A DNA stretch of 64,000 nt. It comes from Candidatus Latescibacterota bacterium (lineage in GTDB: Bacteria > Latescibacterota > UBA2968). How positions within the stretch are numbered: position 1 is the stretch's first letter; each line of letters begins with the position of its first letter. Position numbers and translations under genes: made by a program. The stretch is from positions 5,696,001 through 5,760,000 of the forward strand of contig OZ241986.1 of NCBI GenBank assembly GCA_965204375.1, read 5' to 3'. Of this stretch, positions 17,496-26,023 are shown one piece after another. A model generated the notes under the pieces. The model did no database searches. It worked only from the letters and a program-made list of their open reading frames with translations, and was not told the origin of the DNA.

Positions 17496-18779
17496 ATGGC
17501 GTTCCCTATGTCAAAACCGAAAAAAGATAGACGACCTGTTGCTGGCGCGTTGATGGTGGGATTTGCGGCGAGTTTTTTGTTGTGTGGCTATGAGTTTGTG
17601 CGGAGTGTATCCACGTCGTTGTTTATTGGGGCGTATGGGGCGCACAATTTGCCTTTTGTCATGACGCTGGCTCCTGTGGGTACATTTGGTATGGTTTGGA
17701 TGTATGGGGTGTTGTTGTCGCGGTTTGGGTCGCGGCAGACTTTGTTTTTGACGTCGGTGCTTTCGGGTGGGGGTATTCTGGTGTGTTACGGGGGGATTTT
17801 ATCTGGTTTTCATCCGGCGGTCGGGGTGTTATATGTGCTGCGCGAAGCGTATATTGTGCTGATTATTGAGCAGTACTGGTCGTTTATCAATAGTGTTTTG
17901 CGAGATGATCAGGGGCGAAAGTACAATGGTCCGATCTGCGGTATTGCGTCGGTGGGAGCGATTTGTGGGGGTTTGATTGTAGGGCAAACGGCGAAGGTGA
18001 TAGGCAGTGAACATCTGCTGATTTTTGCAGGATTATCGCTTTTGCCAGCAGCAGTTCTGGCGTGGTGGGCGTATGGTTTGGGGGGTGTGCCGGTTCAGGA
18101 GCCGGAAAAGCGAGGCAAGCTGGCGTTGGGTTTGTTTCGGGATATTCCGACTTTGCGCTATCTCGCAGGATTGATTTTTGTGACGCAGATGGTGTCGGCG
18201 GTGCTGGATCTGCGGTTCAGTGGGCTGGTGGAGACGGCTCTTCCGATGCAGGACGAACGCACCGCGTATTTTGGGCATTTTTATGCGTTGTTGAATGCCT
18301 GTGCATTTGTGTTTCAGTTTGGCGTTGCACCCCTTTTGCTGCATTTTGTGTCGTTGCGAACCGCCCATCTCGGTATTCCGGTGATTCATCTGCTAACGTG
18401 TGGGGTGTTGTTGGCATATCCCACTCTCACTACTGGCGCACTGGCTTATCTGGTGTTTAAGACGCTGGATTATTCGGTGTTTCGGGCGGCAAAAGAGTTG
18501 CTCTATATTCCGCTTTCATTTGATGCGAGGTACCGAGCAAAAGAAGTGATTGATGCTTTTGGTTATCGCGCGTCAAAGGGGATGACTTCGGGGTTGATTG
18601 CACTGGCGGGGACTATTTCTTACAGGGTTTTCAATATTGGGCGGTTGCCGGGATCAGTATATCCGCTTGTCGCATTGGGCGCGCTGGGCGTATGGAGTTG
18701 GCTCGCGTGGGCAATTACAAGGTCGGAGGATGATAGGGGCCGGCGGCTACGGGTTTCAGAGGAAGTTGCCGATTTTTAG
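17496..18779 (+). CDS. Npt/TLC-family nucleotide (ATP/ADP-type) transporter, MFS fold
   Basis: 'GYEFVRS...LF...YGA..LP', 'QYWSF', 'LDYSVFRAAKELLYIPL...RYRAKEVID...YR..K'. Confidence 0.8.
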   Translation: MAFPMSKPKKDRRPVAGALMVGFAASFLLCGYEFVRSVSTSLFIGAYGAHNLPFVMTLAPVGTFGMVWMYGVLLSRFGSRQTLFLTSVLSGGGILVCYGGILSGFHPAVGVLYVLREAYIVLIIEQYWSFINSVLRDDQGRKYNGPICGIASVGAICGGLIVGQTAKVIGSEHLLIFAGLSLLPAAVLAWWAYGLGGVPVQEPEKRGKLALGLFRDIPTLRYLAGLIFVTQMVSAVLDLRFSGLVETALPMQDERTAYFGHFYALLNACAFVFQFGVAPLLLHFVSLRTAHLGIPVIHLLTCGVLLAYPTLTTGALAYLVFKTLDYSVFRAAKELLYIPLSFDARYRAKEVIDAFGYRASKGMTSGLIALAGTISYRVFNIGRLPGSVYPLVALGALGVWSWLAWAITRSEDDRGRRLRVSEEVADF

Positions 18780-18787
18780 ATGAGTGC

Positions 18788-18816
18788 TTGACACAATATA
18801 CCAAAACCTCTATTTT
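18788..18816 (+). promoter_or_regulatory. sigma70 promoter upstream of the ileS leader
   Basis: TTGACA-N17-TATTTT. Confidence 0.75.
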
Positions 18817-18846
18817 TAACCGCGCTGATAGGAAAAGGATGAAAAT

Positions 18847-18984
18847 ATGAATACAACCCGTCAAACATCCCCACAACTGAGAAAGGGTCCTGCCCAGGTG
18901 ACAGGTTATCTGACACCGGGCAGTGCCATTGGGGTTATACGTATATATGCCGCGAAGACGCTTGTGGGGTGTTGTTTGTCGTAA
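18847..18984 (+). CDS. Putative ileS leader peptide (45 aa)
   Basis: Reads MNTTRQTSPQLRKGPAQVTGYLTPGSAIGVIRIYAAKTLVGCCLS*, preceded by AAGGA. Its only Ile codons are clustered at 18928 (ATT), 18937 (ATA) and 18943 (ATA). Confidence 0.55.
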   Translation: MNTTRQTSPQLRKGPAQVTGYLTPGSAIGVIRIYAAKTLVGCCLS

Positions 18985-19007
18985 GCTATATACTTTTTGT
19001 GTGACAC

Positions 19008-19040
19008 ACCGCCAGGGCGTTTGCCGTGGCGGTTTTTTTT
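19008..19040 (+). terminator. Attenuator terminator in the ileS leader
   Basis: ACCGCCAGGGC-GTTT-GCCGTGGCGG followed by T8, 100 nt upstream of the ileS start. Confidence 0.85.
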
Positions 19041-19139
19041 GCAGTAATTTGGGGCGGCATTTAACCTGATGGGTGGTGGGGTTGATGTATCCTGATCATC
19101 CTTTCATCCTGCCCATCCTGATTCTGATAGGAGTTTTTA

Positions 19140-22100
19140 ATGTTTGAGAAAGTAGATACAAATGTGAATTTTCCCAAAGAGGAAGAAAAGGTGCTCGCTT
19201 TTTGGGATGAGATCAGAGCGTTTGAAAAATCGCTCGAGATCAGAAAGAATAACGACGAATACGTTTTTTACGATGGGCCGCCTTTTGCGACGGGTTTGCC
19301 GCACTATGGACACTTGCTGGCTGGGACGATTAAAGATGTGATCCCGCGCTATCAAACTATGAACGGCAAATACGTAGATCGCGTCTTTGGATGGGACTGT
19401 CACGGCTTGCCCGTAGAATACGAACTCAGCCAAGAACTGGGCTTGAATAGCAAAAGTGAGATTGAGGAATACGGGATTGCGGAATACAACGAGGCATGCC
19501 GGGATATTGTTTTGCGTTATACTGCCGAGTGGCGACAATTTGTCAAGCGCATTGGGCGCTGGGTGGATTTTGAAAATGGGTATCGCACGATGGACCGCGA
19601 TTACATGGAGTCCATCTGGTGGGTGTTCAAACAACTCTGGGACAAAGGCTTGATTTACGAGGGGCACAAAATTTTGCCTTATTGTCCCCGGGATGCAACA
19701 CCTTTGTCCAATTTTGAAGCCAATCAGGGTTATGAGTCTGTGCAGGATCCGGCTATTACCGTTGCTTTCAAGCTTAAAGATGAACCGGATACGTATCTTC
19801 TGGCGTGGACGACAACGCCCTGGACATTGCCGTCAAATCTGGCAATGACTGTGCATGAAGATGTGGATTATGTGTATGTCAAAGATGAGGATGTGACGTA
19901 CGTTCTCGCTGAGGCGCGTGTGGATACCTATTATCCCTCGGGCAGGCCCGAGATCGTCAAGACCGTAAAGGGGAAGGAACTTCTCGGTCTGCAATACGAA
20001 CCGCTTTTTCCCTATTTTGAAGATTTGCGTGCGGAAGGGGCGTTTCGCATTATTACAGCCGAGTTTGTGACTACTGCAGAAGGGACGGGTATTGTCCACA
20101 CGGCACCTGGATTTGGCGAAGACGATGCCGAAGCCGGTCGCGTTCACGGTGTTCCGGCTGTTTGTCCGATTGATGCCGAATGCCGTTTTACGTCTGAGGT
20201 ACGTGATTATGAAGGGCGTTTTGTCAAGGACTGTGATAGCGATATTGTGAATCGGTTAAAGGAAGAGGGTAAACTCGTACATCAATCCACACATCACCAC
20301 AGTTATCCCCACTGCTGGCGGTGTGAGGCGCCCCTTATTTACAGGGCGATTTCGACGTGGTTTGTCAATATTGAGAAGATTAAAGACAATATGCTCCGTG
20401 CAAACGCGCAGATCCACTGGGTGCCCGAACACATCAAAGCAGGGCGTTTTGGCAATTGGCTGGAAAATGCGCGGGATTGGGCGATTTCCCGCAATCGCTA
20501 TTGGGGTTGCCCGCTTCCCCTGTGGCGAAATGAAGAGACGGGTGAGACTGTGTGTGTTGGCTCTATCGGCGAACTCGAAGATCGCACGGGGGGAAAGTTT
20601 GACGATATCCACAAGCATTTTATGGATCCGGTTATTATTGAGGGTGAAACGGGGCCATTGACCCGCGTGCCCGAGGTGCTCGATTGCTGGTTTGAGAGCG
20701 GTTCTATGCCTTATGCACAACGCCATTATCCGTTTGAAAACAAGGAGTGGCTGGACGCGCATTTTCCGGCGGATTTTATTGCCGAGGGATTGGATCAGAC
20801 ACGGGGCTGGTTTTACACGCTTGTGGTGCTCGGTGCTGCTCTTTTTGACCGTCCGCCGTTCGAGAATGTCGTGGTCAATGGTATGATCCTGGCGGAAGAT
20901 GGGCGCAAAATGTCCAAGCGGTTGAAGAATTATCCCGATCCGATGCATATTATGGATACTTATGGTGCCGACGCGCTGCGTCTCAATATGTTGTCTTCTC
21001 CTGTGGTGCGCGGGGAAGATCTCGCGTTTTCGGAACAGGGGGTTCAAAAGACGATGCGCAGTGTGCTGCTGCCCTTGTGGAATGCGTATAGTTTTCTGGT
21101 GACTTATGCGAGGGTTGATAACTGGCAGCCCACGTCGAATCGGTCAGATCATCCGCTTGACCGCTGGATTCGCGCGCGTTTAAATCATCTGGTGCGCGAT
21201 ATTCGACAGGGTCTGGATCGCTGTCATTTGCAAACAGCAGCTACGCGATTTGCAACATTTATCGACGATATGACCAATTGGTATATCCGACGCAGCCGGC
21301 GGCGGTTCTGGAAGAGCGATAATGATAGCGATAAATTGTCTGCCTATGCGACGCTCTACCATGTGCTCTTGACGCTGGTCAAAGCGCTGGCGCCTTTTGC
21401 GCCGTTTATTACGGAGACTATCTACCGGAATTTGCGCGCGAGCGATATGCCGGAGTCCGTTCATTTGTGCGATTATCCCGATGTGATCGAAGCCGATCTC
21501 GATGAGAAACTCGAGCAGCAGATGGCGCACACGCGGACAGCGGTCGGGTTGGGCAGGTTCTTGCGCAGTCAGGCCAATGTCAGGACCCGACATCCTTTGC
21601 GTGCGGTGATTATCGTGTCTATGCAGGAGGATGTGCGCGAAGACCTCAGGGCGTTACAGGATATTGTCGCGGATGAGTTAAATGTGAAAGAGGTGGATAT
21701 TCGCGACGATGAAGAGGCAGTGGTGACGCTTTCTGCAAAAGCCAATTTCAGAGTGCTGGGGCCGCGTTTGGGCAAAAATATGAAGGTGGCTGCGGAGAAG
21801 ATTGCGGGTCTCGACTTTGAGGAAATCCAATCTCTGCGCGAAGGTCACGCGCTGACGTTGGATCTGGATGGTGCGGAGCCTTTAGAAATCACGGTGGATG
21901 ATATTTTGATCCAGCGAGAAGAGAAAGAAGATATGCCTGTGGCCAATGAAGGCGATATTACGGTGGCGCTGGATTTATATAGGGATGAAAATTTAGTACA
22001 CGAAGGTCTGGCGCGTGAGATTGTCCATGTGATTCAAAATATCCGCAAGGAGAAGGGGATGGATGTGTCAGATCGGATTGTGGTGACGTATATGGATAAT

Positions 22101-22253
22101 GGCAATTCTCTGGCACCTGCTTTCGATCAGTTTCGGGACTATATCATGGGTGAGACGCTCTGTACGACATTGGTTCGCGCAGATGAGGTAGATGGCGATG
22201 CGGTTGATATAGAGGGTCACACGGTGATGTTTGAGATTAAAGTTGAGGGATAA
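19140..22253 (+). CDS. ileS: Isoleucine--tRNA ligase, type 2 (eukaryote/archaea-like)
   Basis: 'FYDGPPFATGLPHYGH', 'WTTTPWTLPSN', 'DFIAEGLDQTRGWFY', KMSKR. 1037 aa with the type-2 C-terminal extension. Confidence 0.97.
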   Translation: MFEKVDTNVNFPKEEEKVLAFWDEIRAFEKSLEIRKNNDEYVFYDGPPFATGLPHYGHLLAGTIKDVIPRYQTMNGKYVDRVFGWDCHGLPVEYELSQELGLNSKSEIEEYGIAEYNEACRDIVLRYTAEWRQFVKRIGRWVDFENGYRTMDRDYMESIWWVFKQLWDKGLIYEGHKILPYCPRDATPLSNFEANQGYESVQDPAITVAFKLKDEPDTYLLAWTTTPWTLPSNLAMTVHEDVDYVYVKDEDVTYVLAEARVDTYYPSGRPEIVKTVKGKELLGLQYEPLFPYFEDLRAEGAFRIITAEFVTTAEGTGIVHTAPGFGEDDAEAGRVHGVPAVCPIDAECRFTSEVRDYEGRFVKDCDSDIVNRLKEEGKLVHQSTHHHSYPHCWRCEAPLIYRAISTWFVNIEKIKDNMLRANAQIHWVPEHIKAGRFGNWLENARDWAISRNRYWGCPLPLWRNEETGETVCVGSIGELEDRTGGKFDDIHKHFMDPVIIEGETGPLTRVPEVLDCWFESGSMPYAQRHYPFENKEWLDAHFPADFIAEGLDQTRGWFYTLVVLGAALFDRPPFENVVVNGMILAEDGRKMSKRLKNYPDPMHIMDTYGADALRLNMLSSPVVRGEDLAFSEQGVQKTMRSVLLPLWNAYSFLVTYARVDNWQPTSNRSDHPLDRWIRARLNHLVRDIRQGLDRCHLQTAATRFATFIDDMTNWYIRRSRRRFWKSDNDSDKLSAYATLYHVLLTLVKALAPFAPFITETIYRNLRASDMPESVHLCDYPDVIEADLDEKLEQQMAHTRTAVGLGRFLRSQANVRTRHPLRAVIIVSMQEDVREDLRALQDIVADELNVKEVDIRDDEEAVVTLSAKANFRVLGPRLGKNMKVAAEKIAGLDFEEIQSLREGHALTLDLDGAEPLEITVDDILIQREEKEDMPVANEGDITVALDLYRDENLVHEGLAREIVHVIQNIRKEKGMDVSDRIVVTYMDNGNSLAPAFDQFRDYIMGETLCTTLVRADEVDGDAVDIEGHTVMFEIKVEG

Positions 22254-22300
22254 AAAAAGAGCGTCGGGAAAGGGATTGTTTATCCCCATTTCTGACGCTT
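22252..22300. terminator. Hairpin between convergent genes (likely bidirectional terminator)
   Basis: An A7 tract followed by the AGCGTCGGGAAAGGGAT...ATCCCCATTTCTGACGCT stem. Confidence 0.7.
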
Positions 22301-22320
22301 GGTTGAAGATTTGAAGTACT

Positions 22321-22563
22321 TCATTTCCTGCTCTTGTACAAACCAAAAATTCCCACCGCGATCAATACGCCCGCTGTTGGTCCCGCTATGTCCAGACCCA
22401 ACCAGAATCCTTCTTTCCATTCGACGCTTTCAGTGCCAAACATTTCATCTACTACCACTATCTGCTGTTTGTTCTTGGTAAAGATCTGCGTTCCATCCAT
22501 CATCCACTTTGCGCCCACACCTATCACGAGCACAAATGCGATCACGCTGATGATTTTCCACAT
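22321..22563 (-). CDS. Small two-TM hypothetical protein
   Basis: RBS GAGG; hydrophobic ends flank a short beta-hairpin-like segment. Confidence 0.7.
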   Translation of the reverse strand: MWKIISVIAFVLVIGVGAKWMMDGTQIFTKNKQQIVVVDEMFGTESVEWKEGFWLGLDIAGPTAGVLIAVGIFGLYKSRK

Positions 22564-22671
22564 GGTTTACCTCGGGGCTATCCGTTGTTTTGGAAATGCC
22601 CTTGTCTATTTGTAGTCAATACGATAAATTACCATAGGAATTTTTAAAAATATCTCAAATGGAGACCTATC

Positions 22672-23082
22672 ATGCAGATATTTATTAGCCATTCGCATAA
22701 TGATGAAATGTTTGCCAGAAAAGTTGCATCTTTTCTTGAAGATCAGGGTCTGGATGTTTGGGAAGCAAGTAACGAAATTTTTCCCGGAGACAATTGGGCA
22801 GCTAAAATCTCTCAAGGATTACAAGAATCTAATGCGATGGTTGTATTGCTGACTCCTGACGCCTTAAAATCCATCTGGGTGCAACGCGATGTAGAATACG
22901 CTCTCGGTGCACAAGAATATAGTGAACGTCTTATCCCTGTTCTTGTTGATCCAGATAAAACCATTGCAGAAGATGATATACCCTGGATTCTAAAGCGTTT
23001 AAATATCATTGATTTGACTGAATATGAAACAGAAGAAGATGGGATTCGCAGAATTGCCGATACCCTTCTGACAGCTTCCTGA
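22672..23082 (+). CDS. Stand-alone TIR-domain protein (TIR_2-like)
   Basis: 'IFISHSHND...GLDVW...IFPGDNWAAKISQGLQESNAMVVLLTPDALKSIWV'; RBS GGAG; AT-rich. Confidence 0.9.
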   Translation: MQIFISHSHNDEMFARKVASFLEDQGLDVWEASNEIFPGDNWAAKISQGLQESNAMVVLLTPDALKSIWVQRDVEYALGAQEYSERLIPVLVDPDKTIAEDDIPWILKRLNIIDLTEYETEEDGIRRIADTLLTAS

Positions 23083-23179
23083 TTTCTCCTCCAAAGTACT
23101 GCCCTTCTATGCTACCTGAAGAAGTCTTTCTCTCTCACCCCTCACTTTTCATACCTCCCATCGCTGACTGCTGACCGCC

Positions 23180-24322
23180 TTAATAGAACACATGCAATTG
23201 AAACGCATAGCGCGATGAGCGAAAGGTTTCTGTGTCGAGGATGCGATATTCAGGGCGCAGTTCAATTTGCGGTGTTAGAAAAATTTGCATGCCAAATACA
23301 GCCTGCCGTGTTATCAAATCAATAGCGCGTGCTGATGCGCGGATATGCGTTACTTCGCCGGTTTCCCCCCGTGCGAACAAGAGCAGTCCAGGTATTGCTT
23401 GAAGCGTGATATCAAGCGAAGCGGTTTTTGCCTCGCGCATACCTTCCTTATCGGATAGGACATATTCGGCCATGAGAGCAATTTTGTCCTGCAATCCGAC
23501 GCCCGCAAAGAGGTTGGTCATCAAAAAATCGCCGTTTTTGAGCCACGACCCTCCCAGATAAAAGTTCATTCTTTGTTCGACCAATTTGGGCCACAATACG
23601 ATACGCCCCAGGAATGAGGGTTTATCGCGGTTTTCGATCAAGGAGGCGTCTTGTACGGTGTTTTCAGAGAGTGCGCGGGCAGAATAAATGCCTGCGGTTA
23701 GCGATAGCCACAGTTTTTTGTAATAGTGTACTTCTGCGCCGTATTCTGCGTAATTGGGCGCGATTAGCGATGTGGCTCCGATAACGTCGGGCGTTTGGCG
23801 TACGAGCATGGTGTGGTCGTCATACCGCATGCCAATGGTTGGCTGAAAATGCCCTATGCGCAGTGCGGGCCAGTTGTAATTGGGTTGATATATTGCCGAT
23901 GCTGTCCACGCGCGCTGTCCCGCGTATTTTTCGGGTCCAAAATTATAAGAGCCTTCGATTTTCAGGGCATTTGAGGGGCGGACAACACTGTATAGTGCGA
24001 CTTGCATTGGGAATACTTTGCGCTCGGCTTCTGGCGATGTATGTGATCGCGCCATTTGTCCTCGGATATCCGCACCCATCAGGATCAAGCCATCGGCATA
24101 AGCGGTTTTGCCCGGTAAGACGTAATTGGGTGCGAGCAATCCCACGCCGTCCATTGAGTACTGCCCCAATTCGTCTCGCTGCGCCCCGCCCTGCGCGGTG
24201 ATGTGACAGTTCACACACCGGTTGGCCGTGAGCAATGCAAACTGCGAGAGGGCATCCGCCTGCCCGATCCATCCCAGCAGGATTAATAACCCCAATAATC
24301 TAAAATACGCAGTATTGGTCAT
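23180..24322 (-). CDS. Outer-membrane porin-like beta-barrel with N-terminal CxxCH motif
   Basis: Signal peptide, 'RCVNCHITAQGG', alternating beta-strands and C-terminal 'FQLHVFY'. Confidence 0.7.
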   Translation of the reverse strand: MTNTAYFRLLGLLILLGWIGQADALSQFALLTANRCVNCHITAQGGAQRDELGQYSMDGVGLLAPNYVLPGKTAYADGLILMGADIRGQMARSHTSPEAERKVFPMQVALYSVVRPSNALKIEGSYNFGPEKYAGQRAWTASAIYQPNYNWPALRIGHFQPTIGMRYDDHTMLVRQTPDVIGATSLIAPNYAEYGAEVHYYKKLWLSLTAGIYSARALSENTVQDASLIENRDKPSFLGRIVLWPKLVEQRMNFYLGGSWLKNGDFLMTNLFAGVGLQDKIALMAEYVLSDKEGMREAKTASLDITLQAIPGLLLFARGETGEVTHIRASARAIDLITRQAVFGMQIFLTPQIELRPEYRILDTETFRSSRYAFQLHVFY

Positions 24323-24369
24323 GTTATGCCTTTATCCTTTCTGGAGAAGCACAACGCTTTTCAGTTGCG

Positions 24370-24409
24370 GGCGTCCTGTCTGTTGGTGGCATTCAGGATG
24401 CCTTTTTTT
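24370..24409. terminator. Hairpin with T-tract
   Basis: GGCGTCCTG...CAGGATGCC followed by T7 on the + strand. Confidence 0.45.
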
Positions 24410-24650
24410 ATTCGAGTTTGACCAAAATCAGCGTTCCGAGTGTGATCAATGTGGTCAACTGTGTGCTGATAAGGATACCAATAAGCCAACGAAAATCTGT
24501 TCTGGCTTCCCTTCTGGTTTCACTAAATCCTTGCTCAACGCTCTGCGCGAGGCTTGTCAAGCGCGTTGCGATTTGCTCAACAATACCTTCAATGCGAGAC
24601 AAGCGGGCGTCAAATTCTGCCAACTTGTCTTGCGGTGTCGGAACTTGCAT
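24408..24650 (-). CDS. Small coiled-coil protein with C-terminal TM anchor (DUF1640/Bdr-like)
   Basis: Heptad region followed by 'RTDFRWLIGILI'; RBS GGGAG. Confidence 0.6.
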   Translation of the reverse strand: MQVPTPQDKLAEFDARLSRIEGIVEQIATRLTSLAQSVEQGFSETRREARTDFRWLIGILISTQLTTLITLGTLILVKLE

Positions 24651-24823
24651 TGTGCTTACTCCCTGTGAGAGGTTGTGGTTTCGGTGGTATGGCTACCAGT
24701 GTGCGGGCGTGTTCCCGATATCAGGTTGGTCTGTGCGCCGGTCTGGCTATTCGGCTGTTTCTCATGGTCGGTGGTTATTGTCTTTGATTCAACGTGTGCC
24801 ACCCGATAGCCCGCACTGTAAAG

Positions 24824-25057
24824 TCAAAGATCGCGCTCTATAGTTGGGGCATTCGCCATTGCTCCTTTTTTAAGTTTTGATCTGATCTTTTCAAAGCGTT
24901 TTACGACATCCGGCGTGTAAAAGCGTTCGCCACAGCGAAGACAAACTTCGGCTTGAGCTTTTACGATTTCTGTAAGATTCCCACCTCGCAAAATTTTCTC
25001 GACTTCTTTTTCAACAATCTCGCCACCACATAACGGACATTTATCAAGCGGCGTCAC
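24824..25057 (-). CDS. YgiT-type zinc-finger protein (MqsA-like antitoxin domain)
   Basis: 'KCPLCGGEIVEKEVEKILRGG...AEVCLRCGERFY'; RBS AAGGAG. Confidence 0.9.
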   Translation of the reverse strand: MTPLDKCPLCGGEIVEKEVEKILRGGNLTEIVKAQAEVCLRCGERFYTPDVVKRFEKIRSKLKKGAMANAPTIERDL

Positions 25058-25135
25058 GATTCGGTTCTCCTTTCACGCCCATTGATCCGACGTGATGGGT
25101 CTGGGTGACATAAAAAGTAATCAAATCGCTCGTTG
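25054..25135 (-). pseudogene. Frameshifted C-terminal remnant of a DUF4258-type toxin
   Basis: Reads LITFY, then a frameshift, then HPDPSRRINGRERRTES*. This resembles the DUF4258 terminus (ITVY.PDP..W). Its stop overlaps the YgiT GTG start. Confidence 0.6.
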
Positions 25136-25151
25136 ATTCCCCACGATTACA

Positions 25152-25187
25152 TCAATACTCAATGATTGCCGCAATTGCACTGGCAAT
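25152..25187 (-). pseudogene. C-terminal remnant of a PemK/MazF-type toxin
   Basis: IASAIAAIIEY* lies directly after the upstream small gene and resembles a MazF subfamily terminus (recalled, not searched). Confidence 0.45.
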
Positions 25188-25448
25188 TCAATCAAAATCT
25201 CCTGCTTGCCATTCAGTTCGTTCAGACCTTGTCTGTTCGTAGTGACTCTTCATCTGTTTGGCTTGTTGCTCTAAAATTCGGCGACGTTCATCAATGGAGA
25301 GGCTTGCAAAATTCTCTTGAGACATCGTGTCCTCATCTTTGTCAACGAGGTTTTGCAAAAAATGAATGGGGCACCGTCCCTGCATTTGCTTTAGCCTTTT
25401 CATCTGTGTCCTTCTGCGTTCATCTGTGGATGTTTTTAGCTTTATCAT
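25188..25448 (-). CDS. Small hypothetical protein, probable antitoxin (true start possibly 25325)
   Basis: 'LSIDERRRILEQQA...HYEQ...EWQAGDF'. GAGGA lies before Met at 25325. Confidence 0.5.
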   Translation of the reverse strand: MIKLKTSTDERRRTQMKRLKQMQGRCPIHFLQNLVDKDEDTMSQENFASLSIDERRRILEQQAKQMKSHYEQTRSERTEWQAGDFD

Positions 25449-26023
25449 TCTCCGCCAAAAGTCTGCCCTTCTCTGGGGGGATTGCCGCCGAAGGTCACTG
25501 GTAGGCCGGTCAGGTCGGCCAGAAAGATCTGCAGGCGGATGATGTGTACATTGCCCGCTCCCATGCGCATATTCAGGCCATCTAAAACTTCGGGGGTTAT
25601 AAAATCGATATTTTGCAAAAGAAAAGTGGCCCCATCGAGATAATCTGCGAAAGCAGCTTCAAATTCCTCGGTGTGCAGCCTGAGTAGATACGGATTTGCG
25701 GGACGCATGTCGTGTAAGGTAGATTGAATGGCGTGAATCCGCCCGATCATGGTGTTTAAAAATTGCCGCGACCAATAGACTGGGATCAGGTCATTCGTGA
25801 CCTCGACGGTTACGCCGCGGTATTCCCAAAAAAAGACGTCAATAGATGTAAACGCCTGATTGATGTCGGCGACATAGGCATCGGCCTCATCCACGGTGAC
25901 GTGGTCGTACGTATTTTCAGCAGGTGGTTCGGGCGCGGGTGTCACGGGATTGGATGAACCACATCCCGTGTACAACGCAAGCAGTGCAAAACACAAAAGC
26001 CATCGTTTCATCAAATGCCTCAT
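25445..26023 (-). CDS. Putative lipoprotein
   Basis: Lipobox 'LYTGC', Pro-rich linker and helical body. Confidence 0.7.
   Translation of the reverse strand: MRHLMKRWLLCFALLALYTGCGSSNPVTPAPEPPAENTYDHVTVDEADAYVADINQAFTSIDVFFWEYRGVTVEVTNDLIPVYWSRQFLNTMIGRIHAIQSTLHDMRPANPYLLRLHTEEFEAAFADYLDGATFLLQNIDFITPEVLDGLNMRMGAGNVHIIRLQIFLADLTGLPVTFGGNPPREGQTFGGE

Noticed and set aside
18830-19080. T-box riboswitch upstream of ileS
   Set aside because: No GGTGGNACC antiterminator bulge before the terminator and no recognisable stem I motifs. A leader-peptide model fits better.
24660-24820. Cobalamin or other known riboswitch
   Set aside because: The conserved B12-box and GGGAA/GCCACTG elements are not found in the required order.
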